64,000 nt of DNA from Eledone cirrhosa (GCA_964016885.1 OZ024740.1:145204001-145268000); one strand, 5' to 3'. Shown: positions 27,501-40,289, counted from the first letter of the stretch. Numbers and translations are program-made. Notes: generated by a model from the letters alone, not told the origin.

Positions 27501-28173
27501 GGACATGAAAGGAATTTGCCCACTATACAGGAGCAAATCATGGAATAGCTTAGATAGGGCTAGACATAAGATAGGGAAGGCCACATCATGGTACGACAAC
27601 CAGAGATATCAGAGTGTCATGTTTGTGGACGCCACCCCTGGAGGGAAATTAGCTAACCAGTGTAGAAAGGCCCTGAGAAAGACCCACTTAAAAATAAAGG
27701 TGGTAGAAAAGCCAGGAACCACCATAAAATCCCTGATCAGCAAAACCTACCCTTTTAAGAAAACCCACTGTACCAATAGGAAATGTATCATATGTAAGGT
27801 GAACCCCCGGATAAACTGTAAAACTAGAAACGTAGTCTATAGCATAAGATGTACAGAGGGTACTTGTAGAAACACAACAACAACATACATAGGTGAGACA
27901 GCTCGTAGCATAGGTGAAAGGATAGACCAACACTGGGGGGAACTAAAAGGACGAAAAAACGGGTCAGTACTATACGAACATGCTAGACAACATCATGACG
28001 GTAACATAGACAACATAGAAATTAGAATAATATCTAAACATAGGAATGACCCAGCAGATAGGCAAATCAGAGAGGCCAGTGAAATAGAAATTAGAAGACC
28101 AAAGCTAAACAGAAAGAATGAGTGGAACAACAACAACACCCAAACAAACAACACTGACCTAAGAGAAGTATAA
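24541..28173 (+). CDS. Intact PLE reverse transcriptase-GIY-YIG endonuclease, 1210 aa, Cys-rich (Neptune-like) linker, Asn-rich insert
   Basis: TDKSG, YGLRKDHK..RP, SMDVVSLYPSI, QNEGAAIG, RYVDD, C..C..C linker, VVYSIRC..YIGET.R..R..H, final E..LN; no stops. Clade assignment is tentative. Confidence 0.93.
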   Translation: MTLPKYNNICFDTRFHIKNLAKLIHRRYGISLCQAERLLKDTVFCYIKTTITTEQIRFLKHCVSSKTYTTNISKQVNNLLLNKTQAERLKHTITVNMKRTTYTKVNALYRQKRINGKEIRNLITANERDDFMSVIRRETKYAQNECCRHFKKKLEWMNKKKLQERKIEYSQKYPDNIDNIRMSDVKLPEEFTNDHTVNIYGNTLISEQEQQILKLPPKFAIYKKINPMECKTELEKCFTKIRWNAKVNNNNNNNGSSNINNNSGYRNNSHNHNNGRKVRNSDNGNNTSDRQNNNNHNNNNNRNVNHRHSNSDHSSNNGNNTNNNNNNNHSGNNGNSTCSNINKNKKHNNSNNHNGRNSSNNNNNNGEVNNNTSSNHNNNNIKANDRNNNNHHDNNNSNTHNYDDRNNDNPLEKLFFNPADKTYKMGNIYPTRLPFNKRVCIPQQIDDETEAQFTIARNKIRQVVDRYTMRQSRPEAQQLGIKPVEGMVSLKQRTRDGEVVCLPTDKSGRMSIDSMPNYIEAMQPHITNTSEVAQLTHDGREKILNAHMMMWTDILKPSRRTANNFQASNNGIPPLYGLRKDHKTVDDPTTGPPTRPVCGANIASNYRISYFLSMVIRPIIKMSPDVCESTEDLLSRISECNKNRSLSNCIIGSMDVVSLYPSINIDFAVKRCVEMIIESEVEFCDVDTDELGLLLRLTYDTDYLDSHDLRCFCPSRPIRGRPPTITSMAKKTPIGRWIGWTKAIRTPQNTDQVRKMVAHAIGASIKTTLKGHIFKFNEKIYTQNEGAAIGVSIAGDVANLFMVWWERRLKDLLNESSIDLIMYSRYVDDINIVIRTPPLESTNKFDLERSTMESIQQIANSIHQSITVTIDFPSKHPNNRLPVLDTELWINTIDERAQILHSHYAKPMASKYLILKNSAMSSSAKFNILIADLVRVMKNVSSMCDPTEMEGHIQHFINRMQFSGYNQRDRVRVYEGAMEKYKTLIELDMKGICPLYRSKSWNSLDRARHKIGKATSWYDNQRYQSVMFVDATPGGKLANQCRKALRKTHLKIKVVEKPGTTIKSLISKTYPFKKTHCTNRKCIICKVNPRINCKTRNVVYSIRCTEGTCRNTTTTYIGETARSIGERIDQHWGELKGRKNGSVLYEHARQHHDGNIDNIEIRIISKHRNDPADRQIREASEIEIRRPKLNRKNEWNNNNTQTNNTDLREV

Positions 28174-28421
28174 ATAAATAAGTAAATTAAATTAAATAAA
28201 ATAAGATAAATAAATACATACACAAGCACATAAACACACACTAGTCACCCAGCAGACACAACACTATACACACTAGTCACACATCACACACGCAAACGCA
28301 TGCGCAAAGAAGACAAAATAAAATAAGATAAACAAACAAGCAAACAAATAAATAAATATATAGACGGACTGAACAAAAAAATGGCGTAGACATACAACAC
28401 AACAGGAGGAACAATGAATAT

Positions 28422-28470
28422 AACACCACTGACGATGTTGCAGATGTGCAACGAAAGATTTATGTAAACT
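28422..28470 (+). ncRNA. Minimal hammerhead in PLE pLTR (mirror copy 22270-22317, minus)
   Basis: CTGACGA-T-GTTGCA-GATG-TGCAAC-GAAA-GATT-TA; stem I weak; homolog at 56725-56770 shows stem II covariation. Confidence 0.65.
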
Positions 28471-28723
28471 ATATATATATGTGTTTGTCTATATTGTATC
28501 TGTATTATTTTATTTTTGACCGCCGGTCAGTCAATGGCAACATTGAGGACCGAGTAAGTTAGATCGCAGATATATATATATAAAAGACAGCGAGAAGCGA
28601 AAACCAACCAAACAGTGAGTGTGTTCTGTTATTAATTCTGGCAATATTACGCAAATATGACCCTCCCCAAATATAACAATATCTGTTTCGACACACGATT
28701 TCATATAAAAAACCTCGCAAAAC

Positions 28724-28754
<31 letters not shown>

Positions 28755-28788
28755 TGTGAGAAAAACCACAGACCCTCCATCTCAACTC

Positions 28789-28828
28789 TACTTTTGAAAA
28801 GCAGAAGAACTGCGAAACCGGTAAAGGA
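28789..28828 (+). ncRNA. Minimal hammerhead with U3-A8 core in a TA-flanked solo unit (28751-28970)
   Basis: CTT-TTGAAAA-GCAG-AAGAA-CTGC-GAAA-CCGG-TA^AAG; palindromic ACCGGT stem III. Confidence 0.7.
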
Positions 28829-28975
28829 ACCAAATAAATATATATATTTAAAAAAAAAAATAAGACTCCAGTTGCATTTTCGATTTCATCTTTTTTCTTT
28901 ATACTTTCACTCGTGTAGGACACCTCGGTTATTTTTCATTTTGTAAAAAAAACCCTCACTTTCTAATATATACAT

Positions 28976-31900
28976 ATTGCATCGTCTCCAGAGCCAGGGT
29001 CATCCACACCAGCACTCGAGACCACCGCAGTTAAGGGACCCAGAGTGGCCGCCGCTGACACCAGACCAGGTGTCATACCGACAGCCATTACTGGCACCCC
29101 AAAAGTCACACCAGTGCTGCTGCTGAATGTCAGGGGAAACTCAGCAACATGAGTAAAATTTCCTACCTGGGAGACTTAGCCATAAGCAATCAAGCACTAT
29201 GCATGGCACTAACCGAAACGCACCTGACAAGCAGTATAGCAGATGCAGAAATACATATACCGAAATATACTGTATTTCGTTCGGACAGGAAGGAGAGAAC
29301 TCATGGTGTATATCCGTGAAGATGTCACACCAATTGTACTGTTGACACATTCAAACTCAGTCTGTGACACACTGATAATACATATGAAGCAACTACAGAC
29401 GGTAATATGTGTCACATATCGGCCGCCCGATGCCCCCAGTCATGAGGGTAAATTTGAGGATAGCCTAAGTAGGATAGAAGAGGTCCTTGACAAACTGGAC
29501 CAGGGTCTCAACATCCTACTGCTGGGAGACTTCAACCTACCAAAGGTCAAATGGCCTGAGGGCCACCTCCTCCCTGGAATGACGTCAATAGAACAGAGAC
29601 AGACGGAATCCCTGCTGGCCCTCACACACAGGCTGTTCATGGAGCAGGCAATACTCCTCCCAACAAGAGGTGAAAATGTCCTGGACCTCTGTTTTACAAA
29701 CAACGAAGTGCTCATCCACAATGTAAAGGTGACACCAACAATTCTCTCGGATCATAACTTAGTACAGCTAAGGATATGTGGTCCAAGAGAACCAACAGAG
29801 ACAAAACCACCAAGAAGCTCCGGGACGCTATCCAACCTTAACTTCTACAAGGCTAAGTGGAAAAAGATTAAGAGTGAAATCCGGAAGCAAACATGGAGTG
29901 AAAACACCGCCACACAAGACACTAACACACAATTTCAACACTTCATGACAACGATACACACCATATGCAAAAAGTGTGTCCCGGAGAAAGAGGCAAACAG
30001 ACACAAAAATCTTATTCCCAGAGATAGGAAAATCCTTATGAGACGTAGAACTAAACTGTCAAACCAGTTGAATAGTCAACAAAACAAAAACAAGAAGGAA
30101 TCCTATTTGAAACGTGCACTACTTGACACTGAGATTGCACTCAAACTTTCACATGAGAATGAGAGGGAAAAGAAAGAGAACAGGGCCATAGAAAACATTA
30201 AAACAAACCCTAAGGCCTTCTTTAAATTTGCAAAAGAAACTGCCTCAGTACACTGCAAGATTGGACCACTCTTCCACACGGACGGTTCATTAACCGAAAA
30301 TCCCCAAGAGATATGTGAAATACTGAACGAACAGTACAAAAGTATCTTCACATGTCCACTGAGGCACATGCAAATAACGAAGCCAGAGGAGTTCTTTGAT
30401 GCCATAACACTACATCAAGAAATGGCAACCATCAACCACATAGACATAACGGAGGAGGATGTGGTGTACGCCATTGATGAAATTAGAACAGACTCGGCTG
30501 CTGGACCTGATGGATTCCCAGCAGTTCTCCTAAAAATATGTAAGCGGGCCTTAGCAACTCCACTGAAGATGCTCTTCAGAAGCTCCTTGGCTAGCGGTGT
30601 ACTACCCAGGGAGCTGAAAGAAGGCACAATATGCCCTATCCATAAAGGAGGTAGTAGAGCGGAGGCCAAGAACTATAGGCCAGTCTCCCTGACGTCGAAT
30701 ATCAGTAAGGTCATGGAGCGAGTCGTCAGAAAGAAACTAATCACTTTCCTCGAAGAAAATGACCGCCTGACTAGCACGCAACATGGCTTCTGCCCAGGAA
30801 GAAGCTTCCTTACACAGCTGCTACATCACTACGACTGGGTACTGAGACAACTACTAGACAGCTCACATGTGGACGTGATATATCTTGACTTTGCGAAGGC
30901 CTTTGACAAGGTCGACCACGGAATGATATGTCACAAACTACACGGACTCGGCATAACTGGAAAAGTAGGTGAGTGGCTGCATGGCTTCCTAAGGGACAGA
31001 AGCCAGGCAGTCGCAGCAAATGGGGCCCTCTCGAGGGAAACACCGATAACAAGTGGGGTGCCCCAGGGGACAGTCCTGGGACCACTACTGTTTTTGGTGG
31101 CTCTCTCGGACATGCCCTCTGTGGTGCATGCAACAACATCCCTCACTAGCTATGCTGATGACACTAAGGTAGCACAGGCAATCAAAAACCCGGCTGACGC
31201 TGCCCTTTTACAGCAGGATCTGGATGCCATATACAGATGGGCGGAAGAAAACAACATGCAGTTTAATGCTGGCAAATTCCAAGCCCTACAATACAAACCT
31301 GCAAACACAAATATAGTGGAACACAGCTACACAGGACCAGGAGGGACCGATATCCCCGTGTCAAAATCGATACGAGACCTGGGCATAGACATGAGCGATG
31401 ATGCATCTTTTTCTTCACACATCATGAAGGTGGCGACAACATGTAGACGATTCGCTGGCTGGATCTTGAGGACTTTCCTTACAAGAGATCGAGACACCAT
31501 GTTGACACCGTGGAGGACTTTTGTCCTAAGCCGCCTGGACTACTGCTCCCAGCTGTGGTCACCCCATAGTGTCAAACTAACCACGGAGCTTGAGGCAATC
31601 CAGCGAAGCTACACCAAGAGATTGCCAAGATGAGGGAGACAAGCTACTGGGAGAGGCTAAAGGAACTGAACCTCTACTCCTTGGAGCGAAGACGGGAGAG
31701 ATACGCAGTGATCTACATGTGGAAAATCCTGGAGGGACTAGCACCAAACTTTGGCATTGGGAGCTGGACCAACCGTCGAACAGGACGTCACTGTGTGGTG
31801 CCAAAGGTCCCGTCTTCCACATCTAGAATAAGGAGCAGGTATTGCAATAGCCTGGGATTCAAGGGCCCTCAACTCTTCAACAGGCTGCCGAGGCATCTGA

Positions 31901-32134
31901 GAGACTTGCATGACGTGGAGGTGGATGTTTTTAAGAAACATCTCGACACCTTGTTATCCAGGATCCCGGATGAGCCCACAGCAAGACACGAGGGAAACCT
32001 AAGGGCAGCAGCAACAAACTCCCTCCTACACCAGTGGCCAACCTATACAGGCTGGAGATAAAATGTGTAGCAACAAGGGCGGTGCCCCAGCATGGCCTCA
32101 GCCGGATGGCTGAAACAGGTAAAAGAGTAAAAGA

Positions 32135-32135
<1 letters not shown>
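28976..32135 (+). mobile_element. CR1/L2-group LINE ORF2 (APE + RT), frameshifted
   Basis: YRPP, GDFN, SDH (APE); NYRPVSL, YLDFAKAFD, GVPQG, YADD (RT); YSLERRRERY tail; (AAAGAGT)2 3' repeat; frameshifts near 29290 and 31630. Confidence 0.92.
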
Positions 32136-32192
<57 letters not shown>

Positions 32193-32489
32193 GTGTGTGT
32201 GTGTGTGTGTGTGTACATATGTATGTATATAAGGTAATATAAACTAAAGATTTTTCATTGTGGTTACTCATGGTTTTTAAACATTTACTTGTCTCAACCA
32301 TATTTAGGAACAAAAAAAGAAAAACAAACAAAATAACAATTTGTTTAAATTAAGGTGCATAACTCTGTGGAGATAAGTTATTTCCCCTTAACAATACAAT
32401 GAATCTCAAAGACAATCGAACAAAAAATTTAAAACGAGGGATTTAGCATTTGGTAATCAGAAGAGAGGTAGATGCAAACGCCATCTTCA

Positions 32490-32930
32490 ATTTGGTATTC
32501 TCTGCCAACCCTTACCTATGGTCATGAATCTTGGGTAATGACTGAAAGAATATGATCGCGTATACAAGCGGTCGAAATAGGGTTTCTCCGAAAGAGTGCG
32601 TAGCTTGGAGATCAAAGAGTCACTCAAGGTAGAGCCGCTACTTCTCTGAATTGAGAGATCACAGCTCAGATACTATGGTGATGTAATTAGAATGTCTTAG
32701 GAAAGAAGCGGTGGACTGATTTTACGGGCGAAATCAACCGACAGGAGACCCAGGAGTAGACCCCGAGCAAGATGGTTGGATAACATCCATGAGCTTGATT
32801 GGTCACGCATGGGGATCCAGCCTGATCAGTTGGAGACGGTTGCTTCCGACAGGACACGCTGGAAGGAGTGTTTGAGGATTCTCCCTCCACGAACCTCTTA
32901 GGAATAAGTGGACGAAGAAGAAGAAAGAGA
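32490..32930 (+). mobile_element. RTE-clade LINE 3' fragment, (GAA)n tail
   Basis: PTLTYGHESWVMTER..GRRPRSRP; homologous to 46087 and 55330 copies. Confidence 0.8.
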
Positions 32931-33242
32931 AGATTTAGTATTAAAGAGAAATAACTACGCTAACAATAGAAGATGCAGAATAAGAAGAAGGTCAAGAAAG
33001 AGATGAGTAGTAAAAAATAATATTATTGAAAATTGAAATCTGAGTTTTTGTGCCATTGTGAATAGGTCTTCAGGTAAAAGTTGAATATCCAGTTAAATAA
33101 CATGTTTCCCCAAACTTCCTGAAAATGTCTAAATTAGTGATTATATGGGGGATATGTTCAAGCAAAAACTACAATCATTCTCCTTCTTTCGGACGTATCA
33201 AACATTGAATACATCTAGCAATCGAAAGAAAAGATTTCCAAT

Positions 33243-33350
33243 CTATGCAGATCTCAAATCTTTTGTTCCAATTCCTGTAGGGTCTTGATCTTTCTATAAT
33301 CTTTTAGTTATATAACAGGAATTGGAACAAAAGATTTGATCTCTGCATAG
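33243..33350. other. Long hairpin (36-bp arms, 36-nt loop)
   Basis: CTATGCAGATCTCAAATCTTTTGTTCCAATTCCTGT / ACAGGAATTGGAACAAAAGATTTGATCTCTGCATAG. Confidence 0.85.
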
Positions 33351-33669
33351 CGGATTAATCCTTTGATTTACATGCTTAGAAGTAATTTCAGTTGAAGCTA
33401 CAAAGAAAAAAAGAGAGGGCGCATCATAATAATATTCATACATCATCATCATACACAAATTCTGGCAATCAATAACAATTTTTTTACCTGTTACCCCGTA
33501 TTTTTTCCAGAATTTCTAAAATTATAACGACAGAAAAAAAGAATAATATTAAGTGAAAACCTAATAGACGCCCCTGAGAAAATATGAGATAAATAAATAT
33601 GCCATTGAGTCGTCAGTGCAAGATCGGCAAGGCATATATATTAATATTTAGCATATATCCATATGTATG

Positions 33670-33752
<83 letters not shown>

Positions 33753-34104
33753 TATATATATATATATATATGTAGATAAATCTACCAAAAGTTTACGGTA
33801 GTGTCCAATCCGTATGAAGAATTCAATGTAATCCGGATATCATGAAAAGAGAAGATGCATTCAAAAACTACTTTCGGTGAAAAATAAACGGAAAACAGAG
33901 TCAAGATAAATTATTAAAAAAATAATGAATAAACAAAGAAACAGTTCCTTATATTAAAAAAAATTCATTATTTTACGATCGTTTCTAGGATATATATGTT
34001 TTAGAATTGGTATGCATATTCTATAGATCTATGTACAATATTTATACAAACTATCAGAGGGAATATACATACCTTCACATATATATGCTGTCTTCAGAAA
34101 TAAT

Positions 34105-34289
34105 TGTTTCTACGTTAGGCACAAGGCCAGCAATTATCCAGTGCATTACTGGTACTTTATTTTATCGACCCCGTAAGGATGAAAGGCAAAGTCAACCTCG
34201 GCGGGATTTGAACTCAGATCGTAAAGGGACGTAACTATGCTGGAAAGCATGGCGTCCGACCCTCTACCGATACTGCCAATCCATCGCAA
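34105..34289 (-). mobile_element. SINE family A with 17-bp TSD
   Basis: TSD CTGTCTTCAGAAATAAT at 34088-34104 and 34290-34306; A and B boxes. Confidence 0.9.
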
Positions 34290-35103
34290 CTGTCTTCAGA
34301 AATAATGATACTTGTTTATTGATGAGAACAAAGATTCAATACAATAGGTCTGTTTGGGAACAGGTTTTGAATTGACCAATCAGGAGATAGTGAGGGTCAA
34401 GATAGTGATACAGTATTAGAAGAACGTTAAATTATGGGTAGAGGAAGGTAGATTTCAGTTTTGGATGGAAAAGAGTATTATGAATGAAAGATTACTTTAG
34501 GGAAGGAGTAGGTCATATGTTGACCTCAGAAATAATTTTATTTGTTCATTGAATAAAACCAACAAAGATCCAATATAATAATGGATTACTTTAGGGAAGG
34601 AGTAGGTCATATGTTGACCTCAGAAATAATTTTATTTTGTTAATTGAAATTAACCAACAAAGACCAAATAAATTCTGTCTGATTGGTAAGAGGTTTAGAA
34701 TTAACCAATAGAAAATTAATAATAGGCCAAATGGTAAAATAGTAGTAATTGAAACTTATTTTAGGGGTGAAACTAGGTCAGGTGGTCAGTAGAAGGTATA
34801 CAAGCAGTTGCTGTTATAAAATAGTGATGCCAATACAAATATCTAAGGTGACCAGAGTCTTAAGGTTAGGATGTTAGTGAAAAAAATACATCTATGAAAA
34901 GGATATAAAATTAATTTAATTGATGGGTATATTTATATTGATAAAACTATACTAATACATATAGATATGATAAATAAGAGTTAGATGCAGTTGAAAAGTG
35001 GTGTTAAGGATGCGGGGAGATTAAAAGAATATAAAAATGATATATATATATATATATATACATATATATACCTACATATATATACATACATACACGCACA
35101 CAT

Positions 35104-35158
<55 letters not shown>

Positions 35159-35185
35159 CATACACATACACACACAAACATATAC

Positions 35186-35219
<34 letters not shown>

Positions 35220-35264
35220 ATATATCTATATACGCATATACATATGTACATATACATACACACA

Positions 35265-35407
<143 letters not shown>

Positions 35408-36069
35408 TATTACACTCACATACATATACACATACATACATACACACTTATATACACACACATCCACACTTACATATACATATAATTATTGGGGGAGGGG
35501 GAATTAAATTTATTAGTGGGAAATAGTAATTATATATAGGTTTCAAGGAACATAGAAACATAACCTGAAGTTAAAGCATTATATATGTTTACTTAATGGT
35601 ATCAGTTTTAGGAAATGATATTTGTAAGAAGGAAAGCCAAATTATGTAGTTCATCATTAGTAGAATATTAATTATAGGTTAACTAAAATAAAAATAGTTT
35701 ATATATTAAATTCTAAGGTGTATAATAATTAGGTTTATAATATTTAAAGCAGAATTATGTAGTTCACCAGTAGTAGAATATTAATTATAGGTTAACTAAA
35801 TTAAAAATAATTACATATGTTTACTTAATGGTATCAGTTTTAGGAAATGATATTTGTAAGAAGGAAAGCCAAATTATGTAGTTCATCAGTAGTAGAATAT
35901 TAATTATAGGTTAACTAAATTAAAAATAGTTTATATTTTAATTTCTAAAGTGTATATTAATTAGGTTTATAGTATTTAAAGCAGAATTTTGTAATTCATC
36001 TGTAGTAGAATATTAATTATAGGTTAACTAAATTAAAATTAATTTATATATTAATTTCTAAAGTGTATA

Positions 36070-37965
36070 TTAATTAGGTTTATAATATTTAAATGTTTTT
36101 CTCAGTTTATGATTACACGATATTATTAATTCCTGTCGCTTATTTAATAGGATATCCTTAGATTTCATTATTTCGAAAAGTTCTTGGGAACACAATCTAC
36201 ATTCATTTCTACTATGTTGATAAGGGGTGGCCCTTTTGAGCACACTCCAGGTCAGGTCATATTCTATATTCTCCTTTCTATAACTATTAATTTTTTCAGC
36301 TAGACATGTTGTATTAGCTAGTGCGGCATTTTTAAAACTATGTTTGTGGGTATTAAATCTTACCTTAAAATTGTTAGAGGTAGCTCCTATATATGAATAA
36401 ATAGAGTCCTTAGTGTTAACTCTACATTTATATATTATGTTATTAACAAGGCAATTTCCTTTTAATGGACAGTTTGCCTTGTTTCTACAGTTACAACTTT
36501 TCGTGAATCCTGTATCTGAGGAGATCTTATGGCTAGTTTGATGTACTGGTGGTATACTTATGGTTTTTTTTACATTTATATGCATTATAGGCACTTATAT
36601 TTTGTTTTATGTTTTTGGTTGTTGAGTAGGAGAATTTAACTGTTGATCTATTTAAGATTTGATGGTATTTGTGGTTTGGCGGGAAGTTTTTCTCTAGGAT
36701 ATTAAAGAATTTTTTAGGTATATTATCCTTAACTTGTAAATTAAATGGAGCATTATACCAAGTAACTCGTCTATTACGGTTTCTATGTTGTTTATTGTTT
36801 TTATAGGATGCATCCTGCTGTTTACTAGGAGAATTATTGTTAATGACCTCTCCACACACATTTTTAGTTAGATTTATTGATTTAGGTGTTTTAGCTTGTT
36901 TATTAGGAGTTTTATTATTAACATTTATTAGAGTTGTAGGATGAGTAGTTTTTTGAGAGTTACTATACTATATATTAGAGGAGTTAGAGAAATTTGGTTT
37001 TATGTTGGTATTTTGGGGTATAGTGTGAGTGGCATTTAGGTGTGTACGTTTCATTTGGTGTTTGTTGGTAATATTAGGTTGTATGTTTGTAGTATTATTG
37101 GTAGAAGGTATATATACTAATCTATTTTTGTGGCCACTTCTAGCTAGAGCTTCGTTATAAAAGGTCGCATTTTTATCAAATACATCTTGGTTAGACGAAA
37201 GGTTAGAAATTCTAAGTGATATATTATATGCAAGGTTTTTAAGGATAGATTTAGGGTGATTAGATTGTGAGTGTATGTAGTGTAAATTTTGGTTGGGTTT
37301 ATGGTAAGGTTGGTAGATACCCGTAGATAAGTCTAATGTTATATCTAGGAAATTAACTACTTTACTTGTGTTTTCAAATGTAATATCTAGACTATAATAG
37401 TCTTTAAGGAAAGTTCTAATAAGCTTTTTATTTTTTTCTATCTCTGAGAGGCTAAGGTTATTGGAAAGAAGAAGACAGTCGTCACGATATAAACCACCTT
37501 TAATGTGGGGAAAGGAAGCATTTATGTTAAAAAGAAGAAAGAGGCCCACAAGATCAGTAATTTGGGCAGAATCGCTTGAGCCCATAGTAATATCAAAAAG
37601 ATTACTATATGTGTTTCTGGTCCAGTATTCATTCTGAAATTCCAGTAGTGTTAGTCTAGCATGTGTAATAATATTAATGTCATCCAAAGTTAAGTTAGAT
37701 CTATTTTTAGCAAATATCAAGGCTTTGTTCAGGAGTATAGGTGATATAGAAGAATAGTAATTATCGATATCAAATTGTAGAAATGAAGCAGAGGATTTAT
37801 ATCTAATATTATTAAACCAGTTAATTACCTGGGATGTGTTTTCCCAGAGTGGTAAATTAACATGTTTTCTTATTTGTGGGATGACTCTATCTAAAATTTT
37901 TTTACTAATTATTCCAATATCAGATTTGGAAGGGCATATAAGTCTTATAGAAGGATTAGAGTTAG
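36070..37965 (-). pseudogene. PLE RT-EN, left arm
   Basis: RLICPSKSDIG, LQFDIDNYYSSI, LYRDD, GIY-YIG; in-frame TAG at 36968-36970 and +1 frameshift near 36570. Confidence 0.88.
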
Positions 37966-37967
37966 CT

Positions 37968-39346
37968 TCTCAGAGATAGAAAAAAATAAAAAGCTTATTA
38001 GAACTTTCCTTAAAGACTATTATAGTCTAGATATTACATTTGAAAACACAAGTAAAGTAGTTAATTTCCTAGATATAACATTAGACTTATCTACGGGTAT
38101 CTACCAACCTTACCATAAACCCAACCAAAATTTACACTACATACACTCACAATCTAATCACCCTAAATCTATCCTTAAAAACCTTGCATATAATATATCA
38201 CTTAGAATTTCTAACCTTTCGTCTAACCAAGATGTATTTGATAAAAATGCGACCTTTTATAACGAAGCTCTAGCTAGAAGTGGCCACAAAAATAGATTAG
38301 TATATATACCTTCTACCAATAATACTACAAACATACAACCTAATATTACCAACAAACACCAAATGAAACGTACACACCTAAATGCCACTCACACTATACC
38401 CCAAAATACCAACATAAAACCAAATTTCTCTAACTCCTCTAATATATAGTATAGTAACTCTCAAAAAACTACTCATCCTACAACTCTAATAAATGTTAAT
38501 AATAAAACTCCTAATAAACAAGCTAAAACACCTAAATCAATAAATCTAACTAAAAATGTGTGTGGAGAGGTCATTAACAATAATTCTCCTAGTAAACAGC
38601 AGGATGCATCCTATAAAAACAATAAACAACATAGAAACCGTAATAGACGAGTTACTTGGTATAATGCTCCATTTAATTTACAAGTTAAGGATAATATACC
38701 TAAAAAATTCTTTAATATCCTAGAGAAAAACTTCCCGCCAAACCACAAATACCATCAAATCTTAAATAGATCAACAGTTAAATTCTCCTACTCAACAACC
38801 AAAAACATAAAACAAAATATAAGTGCCTATAATGCATATAAATGTAAAAAAACCATAAGTATACCACCAGTACATCAAACTAGCCATAAGATCTCCTCAG
38901 ATACAGGATTCACGAAAAGTTGTAACTGTAGAAACAAGGCAAACTGTCCATTAAAAGGAAATTGCCTTGTTAATAACATAATATATAAATGTAGAGTTAA
39001 CACTAAGGACTCTATTTATTCATATATAGGAGCTACCTCTAACAATTTTAAGGTAAGATTTAATACCCACAAACATAGTTTTAAAAATGCCGCACTAGCT
39101 AATACAACATCTCTAGCTGAAAAAATTAATAGTTATAGAAAGGAGAATATAGAATATGACCTGACCTGGAGTGTGCTCAAAAGGGCCACCCCTTATCAAA
39201 ATAGTAGAAATGAATGTAGATTGTGTTCCCAAGAACTTTTCGAAATAATGAAATCTAAGGATATCCTATTAAATAAGCGACAGGAATTAATAATATCGTG
39301 TAATCATAAACTGAGAAAAACATTTAAATATTATAAACCTAATTAA
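37968..39346 (+). pseudogene. PLE RT thumb + GIY-YIG, right arm
   Basis: VNFLDITL, TAG at ~38447, then 262-aa frame with CNC/GIY-YIG. Confidence 0.88.
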
Positions 39347-39845
39347 TATACACTTTAGAAATTAATATATAAATTAATTTTAATTTAGTTAACCTATAAT
39401 TAATATTCTACTACAGATGAATTACAAAATTCTGCTTTAAATACTATAAACCTAATTAATATACACTTTAGAAATTAAAATATAAACTATTTTTAATTTA
39501 GTTAACCTATAATTAATATTCTACTACTGATGAACTACATAATTTGGCTTTCCTTCTTACAAATATCATTTCCTAAAACTGATACCATTAAGTAAACATA
39601 TGTAATTATTTTTAATTTAGTTAACCTATAATTAATATTCTACTACTGATGAACTACATAATTCTGCTTTAAATATTATAAACCTAATTATTATACACCT
39701 TAGAATTTAATATATAAACTATTTTTATTTTAGTTAACCTATAATTAATATTCTACTAATGATGAACTACATAATTTGGCTTTCCTTCTTACAAATATCA
39801 TTTCCTAAAACTGATACCATTAAGTAAACATATATAATGCTTTAA
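39330..39845 (+). repeat. Imperfect tandem repeats in PLE 3' UTR (mirror ~35575-36090)
   Basis: Four recurrences of TTTAGTTAACCTATAATTAATATTCTACTA with alternating spacers. Confidence 0.8.
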
Positions 39846-40003
39846 CTTCAGGTTATGTTTCTGTTCCTTGAAACCTATATATAATTACTATTTCCCACTA
39901 ATAAATTTAATCCCCCCCCCCCAATAATTATATGTATATGTAAGTGTAGATGTGTGTGTATATAAGTGTGTATGTATATGTGTGTATGTATGTGAGTGTA
40001 ATA

Positions 40004-40034
<31 letters not shown>

Positions 40035-40042
40035 TGTGTATA

Positions 40043-40118
<76 letters not shown>

Positions 40119-40163
40119 TGTGTGTGTGTGTGTGTGTGTATGTATATGTACATATGTATATGC

Positions 40164-40213
<50 letters not shown>

Positions 40214-40240
40214 GTATATGTTTGTGTGTGTATGTGTATG

Positions 40241-40289
<49 letters not shown>

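Larger units (their letters stand above)
22057..28725 (+). mobile_element. Young Penelope-like element: inverted 5'-truncated copy plus full-length copy with pLTRs
   Basis: Minus arm 22057-24335 mirrors 26404-28682; 5' pLTR from 24336; 3' pLTR runs ~68 nt into the ORF start; both ends join (TA)n. Confidence 0.95.

Noticed and set aside
34105-34289. tRNA genes at A/B-box sites
   Set aside because: No cloverleaf; heads continue into SINE core and tail with TSDs.
39405-39775. Repeated CTGATGA in the PLE 3' UTR as a hammerhead array
   Set aside because: No stem II, GAAA or NUH geometry follows; simple tandem duplication.
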